This document shows, piece after piece, positions 49,103-57,887 of a stretch of DNA of 64,000 nucleotides (the stretch's first letter is position 1; each line of letters opens with the position of its first letter). A program made the translations under genes and the position numbers. This DNA is from Tepidanaerobacteraceae bacterium (GTDB lineage: Bacteria > Bacillota > Thermosediminibacteria > Thermosediminibacterales > Tepidanaerobacteraceae): positions 3,822-67,821 of the forward strand of contig JARRBK010000004.1 of assembly GCA_029982615.1 (NCBI GenBank). The letters are read 5' to 3'. The notes under the pieces were generated by a model. That model worked only from the letters and a program-made list of their open reading frames with translations, ran no database searches and had not been told where the DNA came from.

Positions 49103-50809
49103 ATGAAAGACATTAAGGCAAGGACGCAGCAATTGCTGAAAGAAAAAATCGTGGAAGCCATAACAAAGGCGATTCATGAAGGGGCTATACCGACGGACAG
49201 AGTGCCGGACTTTTATCTGGAAGTGCCCCAGGACTCCACTCACGGCGATTTTGCCGCCAACGTGGCAATGCTCATGGCCAGACAGGCCCGCATGGCGCCG
49301 AGAAAAATAGGTGAGATCATTGCGGCAAATATGGATATTTCCGCCACTCCAGTAGAAAAAGTTGAAGTTGCGGGGCCGGGATTTATAAACTTCTATCTGA
49401 AGCCCACCTGGGCCAACGGCGTGATTTTGGATATTTTGAGAAAGGGGCGGGATTTTGGCCGACAGGAGTTCGGCAAAGGCATAAGGGTCCAGGTGGAATT
49501 CGTCAGCGCTAACCCCACAGGCCCCATGCACATGGGCAATGCCAGGGGAGCTGCGCTGGGAGACGCTCTGGCTTCCATCCTGAAAATGTCGGGATACGAT
49601 GTGACAAAAGAATTTTATATAAATGATGCGGGAAATCAAATAGAAAACTTCGGGCTCTCCTTGGAAGCGCGCTATCTTGAGCTTCTGGGCAGGGAGGGGC
49701 ATATTCCCGAAGGGGGCTACCACGGAGAAGACATAAAGGAACACATGAAGGCCCTCATCGAGGAAGAGGGAGACCGCTTCCTGAACATGGATTCCCAGAG
49801 CCGCAGAGCCTATTTTATAAAATATGCGCTGGAGAAAAATATTCAGCGGATGAAGCAGGACCTGGCGAATTTCGGAGTGGAGTTTGACGTGTGGTTTTCC
49901 GAGCAAAGCCTGCACGATGCAGGAAAAGTAACCGACGTAATAAACCTTTTGAAACAAAAAGGCTGCACTTATGAAAAAGATGGAGCTCTGTGGTTCAGGG
50001 CTTCGGATTACGGAGCAGGCAAAGATGAGGTGCTCATCCGCGCCAATGGGCTTCCCACTTATTTTGCTTCCGACATAGCGTATCATAAAGACAAGTTCGA
50101 CAGAGGATTCGACAGGGTAATAGACATATGGGGTGCCGACCACCACGGCCATGTGGCCAGGGTCAAGGGGGCGCTCAAAGCCCTGGGTTATGACCCCGAA
50201 AAACTGACGGTCATCCTTATGCAGCTGGTAAGGCTGTACAGGAACGGAGAAATAGCCCGCATGTCCAAGCGTACCGGCAGAGCAGTGACGCTGGCGGACA
50301 TAGTGGAAGAAGTGGGCAGGGATGCTGCAAGATTCTTTTTCAACATGCGAAGCGCCGACACTCACCTGGATTTTGATTTGGACCTGGCAATAAAAACGTC
50401 CGATGAAAACCCTGTGTACTACGTGCAGTATGCTCATGCACGAATATGTAGTATCCTGAGACAGGCGTCGGAGCAGGGAGTAACCCTGCCAGATATCGGT
50501 GCTGATTCGTGGGGTTCAATGGAAAAATATGCATATATGCTGACTGAAAAAAATGAAATTGAATTAATAAAAAAACTGGCGGATTTCCCCGGGGAAATAA
50601 GGCTTTCAGCAGAGAATCTTTCGCCGTACCGCATTACCAATTATTGCATGGAGCTTGCTTCTATATTTCATTCCTTTTACAACAGCTGCCGGGTGCTGAC
50701 CGAGGATAGGGATTTAACCGCCGCCAGGCTCATGCTGGTGCAAGCTGTGCAGCAGGTGTTGAAAAATGCCTTTGGCATCTTGGGAATCAGCGCACCCGAG
50801 CGCATGTGA
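49103..50809 (+). CDS. argS: Arginine--tRNA ligase
   Basis: The class I HIGH-type motif (SANPTGPMHMGNARG) and KMSKS-type motif (ARMSKRTG) are present, with a C-terminal DALR anticodon-binding domain. The RBS is AGGAGG. Confidence 0.97.
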   Translation: MKDIKARTQQLLKEKIVEAITKAIHEGAIPTDRVPDFYLEVPQDSTHGDFAANVAMLMARQARMAPRKIGEIIAANMDISATPVEKVEVAGPGFINFYLKPTWANGVILDILRKGRDFGRQEFGKGIRVQVEFVSANPTGPMHMGNARGAALGDALASILKMSGYDVTKEFYINDAGNQIENFGLSLEARYLELLGREGHIPEGGYHGEDIKEHMKALIEEEGDRFLNMDSQSRRAYFIKYALEKNIQRMKQDLANFGVEFDVWFSEQSLHDAGKVTDVINLLKQKGCTYEKDGALWFRASDYGAGKDEVLIRANGLPTYFASDIAYHKDKFDRGFDRVIDIWGADHHGHVARVKGALKALGYDPEKLTVILMQLVRLYRNGEIARMSKRTGRAVTLADIVEEVGRDAARFFFNMRSADTHLDFDLDLAIKTSDENPVYYVQYAHARICSILRQASEQGVTLPDIGADSWGSMEKYAYMLTEKNEIELIKKLADFPGEIRLSAENLSPYRITNYCMELASIFHSFYNSCRVLTEDRDLTAARLMLVQAVQQVLKNAFGILGISAPERM

Positions 50810-51010
50810 AGCATACGATGTTTTTCGATTAACTTAAAAACAAAATGGTTAAAATATAAAAGTCAAGCAGGAATTTCACTATTTTCCAAGAATATATATT
50901 AGGTTAGAAATATTTTTTCTGGATTTGCTGATTGGCGCCATTTAGAGAAAAAAGAAATTAAATGACAGAACGCAAAACACAATCCTTTGAAGGAAAGGGA
51001 GGTCATTGTT

Positions 51011-51649
51011 GTGAAAATCCGGTGGCTGGGACATGCCAGCTTTCTTCTGGAATCGCAGAGCGGAACCAGGATAGTCACCGACCCCTTTGACGGCAGTGTC
51101 GGCTACAGAATACCCAAGATTGAAGCAGATATAGTGACGGTAAGTCACGATCATTACGACCATAACTATGTGGAAGGGGTACAGGGAGACCCGGAAATAT
51201 TGAAGACTGCAGGAGATTTCAACATAGGCGGGATCGGCATTAAAAGTATTCCAGCCTTCCATGATGAAGTGAAAGGCGCAAAAAGGGGTCCAAATCTTAT
51301 TTTTGTTTTTAAAATCGACGGGCTGAGAATCTGCCACGTCGGAGATTTGGGGCACCTACTGTCTAAGGCTCAGGAGGAACAAATAGGAAGGCCGGATGTA
51401 CTGCTGGTTCCAGTGGGCGGCACCTTCACCCTGGATGCCGAAGGGGCTGCTGAGGTGGTAAACCAGTTGTCTCCGAAAATGGTCATTCCTATGCACTTCA
51501 AGACCCCAGCCGTCAGCATGCCCATCGATTCGGTGGATAAGTTTCTGGAAAAGATGGGCGGAGGCGAGCGCCTGGAATCCACCACCATCGAAGTTACTCC
51601 CGAAGCCCTGAGCGAAAAGCTCCGGGTGGTGGTGCTAAACTACGAGTAG
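51011..51649 (+). CDS. Metallo-beta-lactamase-fold hydrolase (UPF0173-like)
   Basis: VKIRWLGHASFLLES...IVTDPF...VTVSHDHYDH is present. GTG start after GGGAGG. Confidence 0.8.
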   Translation: MKIRWLGHASFLLESQSGTRIVTDPFDGSVGYRIPKIEADIVTVSHDHYDHNYVEGVQGDPEILKTAGDFNIGGIGIKSIPAFHDEVKGAKRGPNLIFVFKIDGLRICHVGDLGHLLSKAQEEQIGRPDVLLVPVGGTFTLDAEGAAEVVNQLSPKMVIPMHFKTPAVSMPIDSVDKFLEKMGGGERLESTTIEVTPEALSEKLRVVVLNYE

Positions 51650-51772
51650 GAAAATGAACTACGAATAGATATTATTAATAATACAGTTGTCCATAAAAAT
51701 TTGCGACAACTAAAGACACAAATAAATACGGGTAAAAAAAGAATAATATACAAAATAAAGCATATAGAACAT

Positions 51773-51800
51773 AAAAGCAGCGGATAAAACCGCTGCTTTT
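51773..51800. terminator. Bidirectional terminator
   Basis: Stem AAAAGCAGCGG-ATAAAA-CCGCTGCTTTT lies between the convergent MBL and sortase genes. Confidence 0.7.
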
Positions 51801-51885
51801 AATACTCGGATATTTTTTATACTCTTTCTTGTCCTTTATAAAACTACTGCTTGTCCCATTTTGTTTTTTTATTTTTCAGCCCCTT

Positions 51886-52542
51886 TTATTTTGTGCTCTG
51901 TTCCACCAGCTTTCCCCTGACAATCAGCCTGAGAGGAGGCTTTTCGCTGTAGTCACATGTTATCAGGTTTATTAGCTTTTCTCTGCCCTGCGGCAGCAGC
52001 ACCCAGATGTCTTCCGGTTTTGCGATGATGCTTGCCTGTACTTCATAGATGAAATGTCCTTTATCTGTTAAAACTTCTATGATGTCACCTTTCTCAAGTT
52101 CATTCAGCCTATTGAAATGCCTTCCTCTGGTTCGGCTGCGGTGGCCGGCTATGCAGTAATTGCCGGGCTGCCCCGGACCTGCAGTACCCTCCAGGCTTGA
52201 TACTGAAAGGTTGAGATTCTGTTTGGTGGCCCCCTTTAATATGGGAAGGCGAAGGTTTATTTTTTTTATTATCAGGATACCTTCCATGTGTGCGGCAATG
52301 TATTTTTCTATGCTTTCTACCCTGTCGCCCGGTGTTGATGAAGACTCCTGACCGTCGAATTCGGTCGGGTTCAACGTTTCGCTTTGTCCCATATCTTCTG
52401 AACCATCCAGTTCGCTTAGACTTTCTTGCCAGGCCTGAAGGATTTTGTGCTGTTTGTAATCGTAATAACATTCTCTGAGCTTTGGATAGGATATTAAGGA
52501 TATACCAATGATTATAAGAAGGATTGGCGCGATTTTCTTCAT
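51886..52542 (-). CDS. Sortase-family transpeptidase (class not assigned)
   Basis: An N-terminal membrane anchor is present, with the catalytic His context YCIAGHRS, the TLxTC-type Cys motif LINLITCDY, and a C-terminal Arg (LRLIVRGKL). The RBS is GGAGG. Confidence 0.85.
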   Translation of the reverse strand: MKKIAPILLIIIGISLISYPKLRECYYDYKQHKILQAWQESLSELDGSEDMGQSETLNPTEFDGQESSSTPGDRVESIEKYIAAHMEGILIIKKINLRLPILKGATKQNLNLSVSSLEGTAGPGQPGNYCIAGHRSRTRGRHFNRLNELEKGDIIEVLTDKGHFIYEVQASIIAKPEDIWVLLPQGREKLINLITCDYSEKPPLRLIVRGKLVEQSTK

Positions 52543-52590
52543 ACATTGAGCCTCCAGTAAGAAAGGAAGCTGAGGAGATATCTTTCTCGG

Positions 52591-53412
52591 CTATAGCTTT
52601 TTGCTTCTTAGAAGCTTTATTCCTGCCAGGATGGCAAAGCCGCCTACTATATAGTACGGATACGGTAGAGACTCACCGGTCTTGGGCATTTCGAGCGCTC
52701 CGGCGGGCACCGGCTCCGGTTCGATTACCTTTTCGGAAGACGAAGGTTGCTGTTTTGGCTTTTCCGGCAGTGAAGGCTGGCCCTGTGGTATGGGTTCTTC
52801 TTCAACTATCTCAACAGGTGTTTCAGTAACTTTCGACCCATCTTTTTGGTCTCTTCTATTCCCGCTAGTGCTGCCTCCGCTGCTGCCGTCACCGGAGGTC
52901 TGGGCGGTGAATATCCACTTTATTTGGGCGCTCTTTCCCTGAAACTCATTGCCGGTTTCCGGTCCCGGAAGCTCGAGTTTTGCCACAAGTTCGCCGCTTG
53001 CACCGGGGGCAAAGGTGCCCAGACTTATGTTTTCTCCAAGGCCCGATTCACCGCTGGCGGGGCCGCTGTAAATCGTGTTTCCTTTATACTTTACTGTGAG
53101 CTGCAGCTGTTTTAAAAGATCCGGTTGTTCCTCTCTGTCCACCTGTTCAGCCCGTATGTATAATGTGAAGGGACCGCTATAGTTGTTCTGAATTTTAAGG
53201 GTGCTTTTCACAGTGTCGCCGGGGTTTAAGTTGTCGAGGTCAAAAAGCTTTGCCCCTTCGGGCACCAGCACCAGCCCCTGGGCGTTTCCGATCAATTCTA
53301 TATCTTTGGCCTGAGCCATGACTGATTTTTGGGCATAGGGCATAAAAAGGCCTGCGCCCAAAATGCAAAAAGCCAGCATTATATGTATCAATATTTTAAT
53401 TATCACTCTCAT
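52591..53412 (-). CDS. TasA/camelysin-family paralog with a C-terminal (M)PKTG cell-wall sorting signal
   Basis: Signal peptide MRVIIKILIHIMLAFCILGAG. Motifs NLNPGDTVKS and TGNEFQGKSAQI are shared with the adjacent TasA-like gene. The C-terminus is LEMPKTGE (MPKTG at 52689-52675), then a hydrophobic stretch, then RSKKL. The ATG follows AAGGAGGG. Confidence 0.75.
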   Translation of the reverse strand: MRVIIKILIHIMLAFCILGAGLFMPYAQKSVMAQAKDIELIGNAQGLVLVPEGAKLFDLDNLNPGDTVKSTLKIQNNYSGPFTLYIRAEQVDREEQPDLLKQLQLTVKYKGNTIYSGPASGESGLGENISLGTFAPGASGELVAKLELPGPETGNEFQGKSAQIKWIFTAQTSGDGSSGGSTSGNRRDQKDGSKVTETPVEIVEEEPIPQGQPSLPEKPKQQPSSSEKVIEPEPVPAGALEMPKTGESLPYPYYIVGGFAILAGIKLLRSKKL

Positions 53413-53469
53413 CTGCGCTACCCTCCTTTTTGGGGGGTGAATATTTTTGACGGCGGTTTTATCAGTTGA

Positions 53470-53492
53470 GGGCATGCGGCAACCGCATGCCC
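53470..53492 (-). other. Strong intra-operon hairpin between the two TasA-family genes
   Basis: Stem GGGCATGCGG-CAA-CCGCATGCCC (10 bp, GC-rich) has no U-tract on the minus-strand transcript. Confidence 0.5.
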
Positions 53493-53558
53493 TGCAAAGG
53501 TTATACCAATATCGCTTCGAAAATTATTGTATCGTAAAGTTATACTTTTTTTAAAGAA

Positions 53559-54128
53559 TTATTCTCCGGTGAATTCCTTAACGCCAGCGGGAAGGCTGGA
53601 TATGCCCCATGCATCCTTATAGGCTTCGTGAGATGCCTGCACGCCTTCAGCTTTGACGTTGATGCGCAGGGTTTTGCCCTGATAGTCGTTTCCCGTTTGA
53701 GCGCCGATGAGTTCCACTGCATCCAGCAGTAACGATGTTTCATCGTTTTGGTTGAGGATGTGCTTGTAGTAATACCAGCCGTTAGAATATACCCAGTCGT
53801 CATTATTTGCAAGGATAAGGTTTACATTGTCGACGGAAAGATTTGTAGGACTGCCGTTGGCATCAAGCCATTCCGGCGTCAGGCTCACCCTGACGTATGT
53901 TGCCTTTGAACCTTCGGAAATCACGCTTACATCCTTATTTGTGGTGTCGCCCGGATTCCAGTTGGTGATGTCTTCAAAGCCATGCTCGTTTACTTCGATT
54001 TTAACCGTGCCGGCGGTAAACGTATTTGCCACCGATTTTTCGCTGGTAAACCATGCCATGGTGCCTCCAACAATCAGAAGCGCCACAAGTAAGAACACCA
54101 AAGAACCGATTAATAAAGTCTTTTTCAT
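53559..54128 (-). CDS. TasA/camelysin-family fibre subunit with SipW-dependent-type signal peptide
   Basis: MKKTLLIGSLVFLLVALLIVGGTMAWFTSEKSVANTFTAGTVKIEV is the canonical SipW-type signal/N-terminus. Motifs NWNPGDTTNK and TGNDYQGKT are present. The RBS is AAGGGGGA. Confidence 0.85.
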   Translation of the reverse strand: MKKTLLIGSLVFLLVALLIVGGTMAWFTSEKSVANTFTAGTVKIEVNEHGFEDITNWNPGDTTNKDVSVISEGSKATYVRVSLTPEWLDANGSPTNLSVDNVNLILANNDDWVYSNGWYYYKHILNQNDETSLLLDAVELIGAQTGNDYQGKTLRINVKAEGVQASHEAYKDAWGISSLPAGVKEFTGE

Positions 54129-54214
54129 TTTAAAATTCCCCCTTAAATTTTTTGATTTTATTTTAAGTTCCTTTTGAACAGCCCCGGATGTCTTTCCGCA
54201 GCTTTTGCTGCCGT

Positions 54215-54775
54215 TTAATCATCAGTAGAGATTTTTTTATTTTTGCGCTCAATGGCGAGTGTTCTGGACAGTTCCATTAATATGAATATCACAAATGCCC
54301 CTAGCAGAATCATTATGCCATTTTTTGTTCTGGCGTAGGAAAAGGCGTAACCTACATAAGGTATTGAAAACACCACTTTGCCTATCAATCGGTTTGAGCG
54401 GACGGGCATCGGGTCTTCTACTTCATTGGCATCTCCTTTGGTCCGGAATAACAGTGTCTGGCTTTTTTCCACCTCAATTACCCGGTGGGTGGTTATGTTT
54501 CCTCCGTGATCATCACCCCGGAAGGTTATTATATCGCCAGGTGCGACGTCTCCAGGATCGATGGGGTCCACTATGATCAGGCTTCTGGTTTTCAGAGCCG
54601 GGCTCATGCTGCCGCTCATGACTATATACATCTTATAGCCAAAAACTGAGGGTTCCCGGCCGGTCAGCCTGCTCTGGACCAGGAAGAACGTCAATGTAAG
54701 CGCAGAGATTATCAGAATTATCAAGGCTGTTCTTATTATTATGTTGCAGACTGCTGTCAGATGTTTTTTTATCAT
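54215..54775 (-). CDS. sipW: Signal peptidase I, SipW (archaeal/ER-type) subfamily
   Basis: The catalytic Ser motif MSGSMSP and the His motif ITTHRV are present, along with N- and C-terminal TM segments. The gene is adjacent to a TasA-type substrate gene. Confidence 0.85.
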   Translation of the reverse strand: MIKKHLTAVCNIIIRTALIILIISALTLTFFLVQSRLTGREPSVFGYKMYIVMSGSMSPALKTRSLIIVDPIDPGDVAPGDIITFRGDDHGGNITTHRVIEVEKSQTLLFRTKGDANEVEDPMPVRSNRLIGKVVFSIPYVGYAFSYARTKNGIMILLGAFVIFILMELSRTLAIERKNKKISTDD

Positions 54776-54787
54776 GTTTTATCTCTC

Positions 54788-57289
54788 TCACCCATACGTA
54801 ATTTTATAAGGTCCTTTCCGGCTTTCGGGAAGAGCCCCGTCAGGCATCGCAAAAAGCGTTGCATATGAATCGCTGTTGCCGGCTGTGCCTGAATTATTTA
54901 ACACTAATACAAGGTCTATGTTAACTGTAAAATAATTATCTTTTTCATCATCATCTCTGAACCATCCGTAGTTGCTCCTTTTGTTTGTAACCGTTACGGT
55001 GACCGTAAGATTTTCCCTAGTTATGTTTACAACAGGCGAAGTTATGCTGACTAATTCATAGTCCATTGGCACCACTTCGCTGATTTTGTAAGTTCCCAAC
55101 CTGAGATTGCCGATTTGATAAGATTGATTTTCAATGGCGAATATATTCCATTTCTTGCCGTTCAGGCCGTCTATTTTGATTATGAATTCCTTGTCAGAGT
55201 CTTCGTTTGTCACGATTTTTTTGATTATTATCCTACCTTTTATAACCCTGACCAGAACCTTATCCGAAGCGGTGCACCCGTATTTGTCAGTGACCGTGAC
55301 GGTGTAGACAGCATCATCTTCGAGAGATACCTGAGGATTTACTTCACTCGATGACCATCCCGAATCTATATTGCATGACCAGGTGTAGTTGTATGGCGGA
55401 TATCCCCAGCTAACCTGGAGGTTGTCGCCTATGCCTATAACATCGCCTATGACGATTTCCCTGTCAGGACCGGCATTTACCGAAAGCGGCGGCTGAACAT
55501 ACACTGTCGGTACAGGAAAAGTTTTGCTCTTTCCGGATACGCCGTTGACGTCGGTGTAGCTCAGCGTGGCGCTCACATTGGTTGGCACATTGTCTCCGCC
55601 CTGGAATGTCTTTTTTGCCTTTATCTTGTAAGTCAGGGTGGCGCTGGTGCCGATGATTCCCGGTGCCCATGTGATGGTATGGGTGCTTTCATCATAGGAA
55701 ACCTGGGTGCTAGGGTTTGCTGCGATGCTGGCTGGCACAAGGTCGAAAACGTCTGTTATCACGTCGGTTACCACTGCATCAGTGGCGGATGTGCCCAGCT
55801 GTTCGGATATCTCGCTATAAATGCCGGAAAGGTCAGCAGCCGAGAAGGTTTCGTAATACCCGGCATTCTGCGCCCATTGCAGTGTTTCCCGAGCCATGGT
55901 AAGGCACTGGTTGGGCACCTGCCCGAGAAGGCCCACGGTGAAAACCTTGGCTACGTTCCAGCAGCTCTGTCCAGCCTCGTAAGCAGCAATGGTGTGAGCG
56001 TTGTGGGCGGTGGGTTCGCTGGGGCCATAAGGTCTGCCTATGCTGACGGTGGGCAACCCGTCAGTCAGCAGGATTATCGCTTTGGTTGCGTTGGCCCTTC
56101 CGCTAGATTCCATTAACTTCCTGGCCCTTATGAAACCCGCTTCGGTATTTGTTCCCCCGTCGGCGATGAGACCGTTGATAGCATTTTTTACTTGATTAAA
56201 ATCATAAGAAAAATCCCTATCAATCGATGTATCTGTATTTAAATTTCCTACCAGCTGCCAGTAACGCCATGACCATACTCCCTCATATGCAAAACTCACC
56301 ACTGCCACGCGGTTGTTCGGGTTTTGCAAGACCTGCTGAGCGAAATTTATGGCAGCCTGTTTTGCATAATATATGGATGACGGGTTGCCGTATGCCATGC
56401 TGCCAGACCTGTCGATTACAAGTATGACATCCAGTGGTTTTTGGGGCGGCGTGCCGGTGATGCTCAAGCTTACCTGGTATGTCCTGCAGCCTTCTGCGGC
56501 GCTGGCCTGTTTGTTCACCTGAATGGTGTCCGTGTAATTTGTGGCTGGTGATACTGCAAAAGTCTTTACAAGTGAAGTAGAGCGAAGAAGTGTTGTGTCG
56601 GATGAATTCAGGGATTTTGTCGATTCTACCGACGCGGCCTTTTTTAAATCTTTCTCAAAGTCTGGTGGAACGGGTATAACCTTGTCTGCTTTCACTTCTA
56701 TAAAACCGGGATTAGAAACCCTTCTGTTTACAGTCAAAGTCAATGAACTTTCCGCGCTCACAGTAGCATTTGCGCCTTTTCCTTCGCAAGATGCACTGAT
56801 GGTGAAGCTGTCTTTCGTATAGCCGTAAGGTATGTAGCATTTTCCCTTTATGGATTCTTCTTTTCCTGCATCAAGGCGGGATATTTTGGTTTCAATCCCT
56901 GTGTCTTTGCTGTATACCCACAGGCTGACTATGTCAGCATTGCCGGTATTTGTCAGGGTTACGGTAAACTCCGCCACATCTCCCAGCTCGTATTCCGCTT
57001 TGTCGGCGTTTATCCGAATATTTATTGAAGCATCCGATGCTTCGGGCAGCATCTCCTGTGGCGGCACTTCAGGTAATTCCAACGGCACTTGCTCTGCAAC
57101 GTCCTGCTCGGTGCTCGGCTCGGGATTTTTGGAATATACGGCTTCAAAAACCGTTTCCCCTTCTTCCGCCGTAGAACCTGCACATACTCCGGCTTCGTCG
57201 CCAAAGGCGCTGGTTTGTGTCAGGATGGGGCACAGGATGAGAATCAAGGCGAGCATTATGGCTGTGATTTTTCTTGGGGTGAGTTTCAC
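54788..57289 (-). CDS. Large secreted vWA-domain adhesin-like protein with PKD-like and SpaA/Cna-B-like C-terminal modules
   Basis: MIDAS motif DVILVIDRSGSM ... LLTDG. The signal peptide KLTPRKITAIMLALILILCPILTQTSAFG is present, and the C-terminal module has GTYKISEVVPMDYELV. The start is placed at the GTG at 57289, because the GTG at 57301 abuts the GGAGG with no spacer. No sorting signal is present. Confidence 0.8.
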   Translation of the reverse strand: MKLTPRKITAIMLALILILCPILTQTSAFGDEAGVCAGSTAEEGETVFEAVYSKNPEPSTEQDVAEQVPLELPEVPPQEMLPEASDASINIRINADKAEYELGDVAEFTVTLTNTGNADIVSLWVYSKDTGIETKISRLDAGKEESIKGKCYIPYGYTKDSFTISASCEGKGANATVSAESSLTLTVNRRVSNPGFIEVKADKVIPVPPDFEKDLKKAASVESTKSLNSSDTTLLRSTSLVKTFAVSPATNYTDTIQVNKQASAAEGCRTYQVSLSITGTPPQKPLDVILVIDRSGSMAYGNPSSIYYAKQAAINFAQQVLQNPNNRVAVVSFAYEGVWSWRYWQLVGNLNTDTSIDRDFSYDFNQVKNAINGLIADGGTNTEAGFIRARKLMESSGRANATKAIILLTDGLPTVSIGRPYGPSEPTAHNAHTIAAYEAGQSCWNVAKVFTVGLLGQVPNQCLTMARETLQWAQNAGYYETFSAADLSGIYSEISEQLGTSATDAVVTDVITDVFDLVPASIAANPSTQVSYDESTHTITWAPGIIGTSATLTYKIKAKKTFQGGDNVPTNVSATLSYTDVNGVSGKSKTFPVPTVYVQPPLSVNAGPDREIVIGDVIGIGDNLQVSWGYPPYNYTWSCNIDSGWSSSEVNPQVSLEDDAVYTVTVTDKYGCTASDKVLVRVIKGRIIIKKIVTNEDSDKEFIIKIDGLNGKKWNIFAIENQSYQIGNLRLGTYKISEVVPMDYELVSITSPVVNITRENLTVTVTVTNKRSNYGWFRDDDEKDNYFTVNIDLVLVLNNSGTAGNSDSYATLFAMPDGALPESRKGPYKITYG

Positions 57290-57584
57290 TATGGGTTTCA
57301 CCTCCTTTTACCGGTATTCGCTTGTAAATAATAGTTTAATTATCCCGCGACCTAAATTTTGCCAGCTCCTTTCCGCTTCTTTTGATAGCTTCTTCTATCA
57401 AATGCAAAAGTTCGAGAGTACTTCTGAACGCTAAAGACTGGTCTTCTTCTAGCCAATGTATATATCCCTGCATAGTGGCGTTTTCTGTGTACATTCCATC
57501 ACAGCAGCCTCGTGCATGCGATCCCCTCCTGCCATGATTTGTATTATATTTTCTTAAATTCTACCAGACGACGAATGCTGTTCG

Positions 57585-57634
57585 ATTTCACTTTGATTTC
57601 ATAAGCGTGATTTTTGAATTTCATTTGCATTTCA
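57585..57634. repeat. Four helically phased direct repeats ATTTCA (TGAAAT on the minus strand) upstream of the fibre operon
   Basis: ATTTCA at 57585, 57596, 57618 and 57629 (offsets 0, 11, 33, 44). A degenerate ATTTTT lies near the empty slot. Confidence 0.55.
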
Positions 57635-57692
57635 TATTAAATTTATTTGATTAAAATTAAATTAATAACAAAAACATGATTTTGGGAAAAAC

Positions 57693-57721
57693 AAAAAATC
57701 CGGCATTTAACCGGATTTTTT
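57693..57721. terminator. Bidirectional terminator (ends the 34-aa small gene)
   Basis: Stem AAAAAATCCGG-CATTTAA-CCGGATTTTTT. Confidence 0.7.
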
Positions 57722-57782
57722 AAAATAAAATTTTTATGTTATGTAATCTTATACCAATAATACTTGAATGTAAAACTTAAGC

Positions 57783-57887
57783 TTACCTCAATTCCAAATT
57801 CTTAAACATCCTCTTGTTTTTTTTCAGAATCGAAGTTCTGGCGGCCTTAATGTCGAAATCGCCGAAAGTAATAACTTCGATAGTCAT
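57783..57887 (-). CDS. Unannotated 34-aa small protein gene
   Basis: The ATG follows GGAGGAAAACC. The product is MTIEVITFGDFDIKAARTSILKKNKRMFKNLELR. The upstream promoter is TAGACA-17-TGaTATAAT, and a downstream terminator lies at 57721-57693. The ORF is below the 60-aa cutoff of the ORF track. Confidence 0.5.
   Translation of the reverse strand: MTIEVITFGDFDIKAARTSILKKNKRMFKNLELR

Noticed and set aside
49088-50437. 449-aa ORF antisense to argS
   Set aside because: The plus-strand frame carries unmistakable ArgRS motifs (HIGH-type, KMSKS-type, DALR domain). The antisense translation is compositionally odd (rich in H, F, V, C) and has no RBS and no recognisable domain. Long shadow ORFs opposite highly expressed genes are a known codon-bias artefact.
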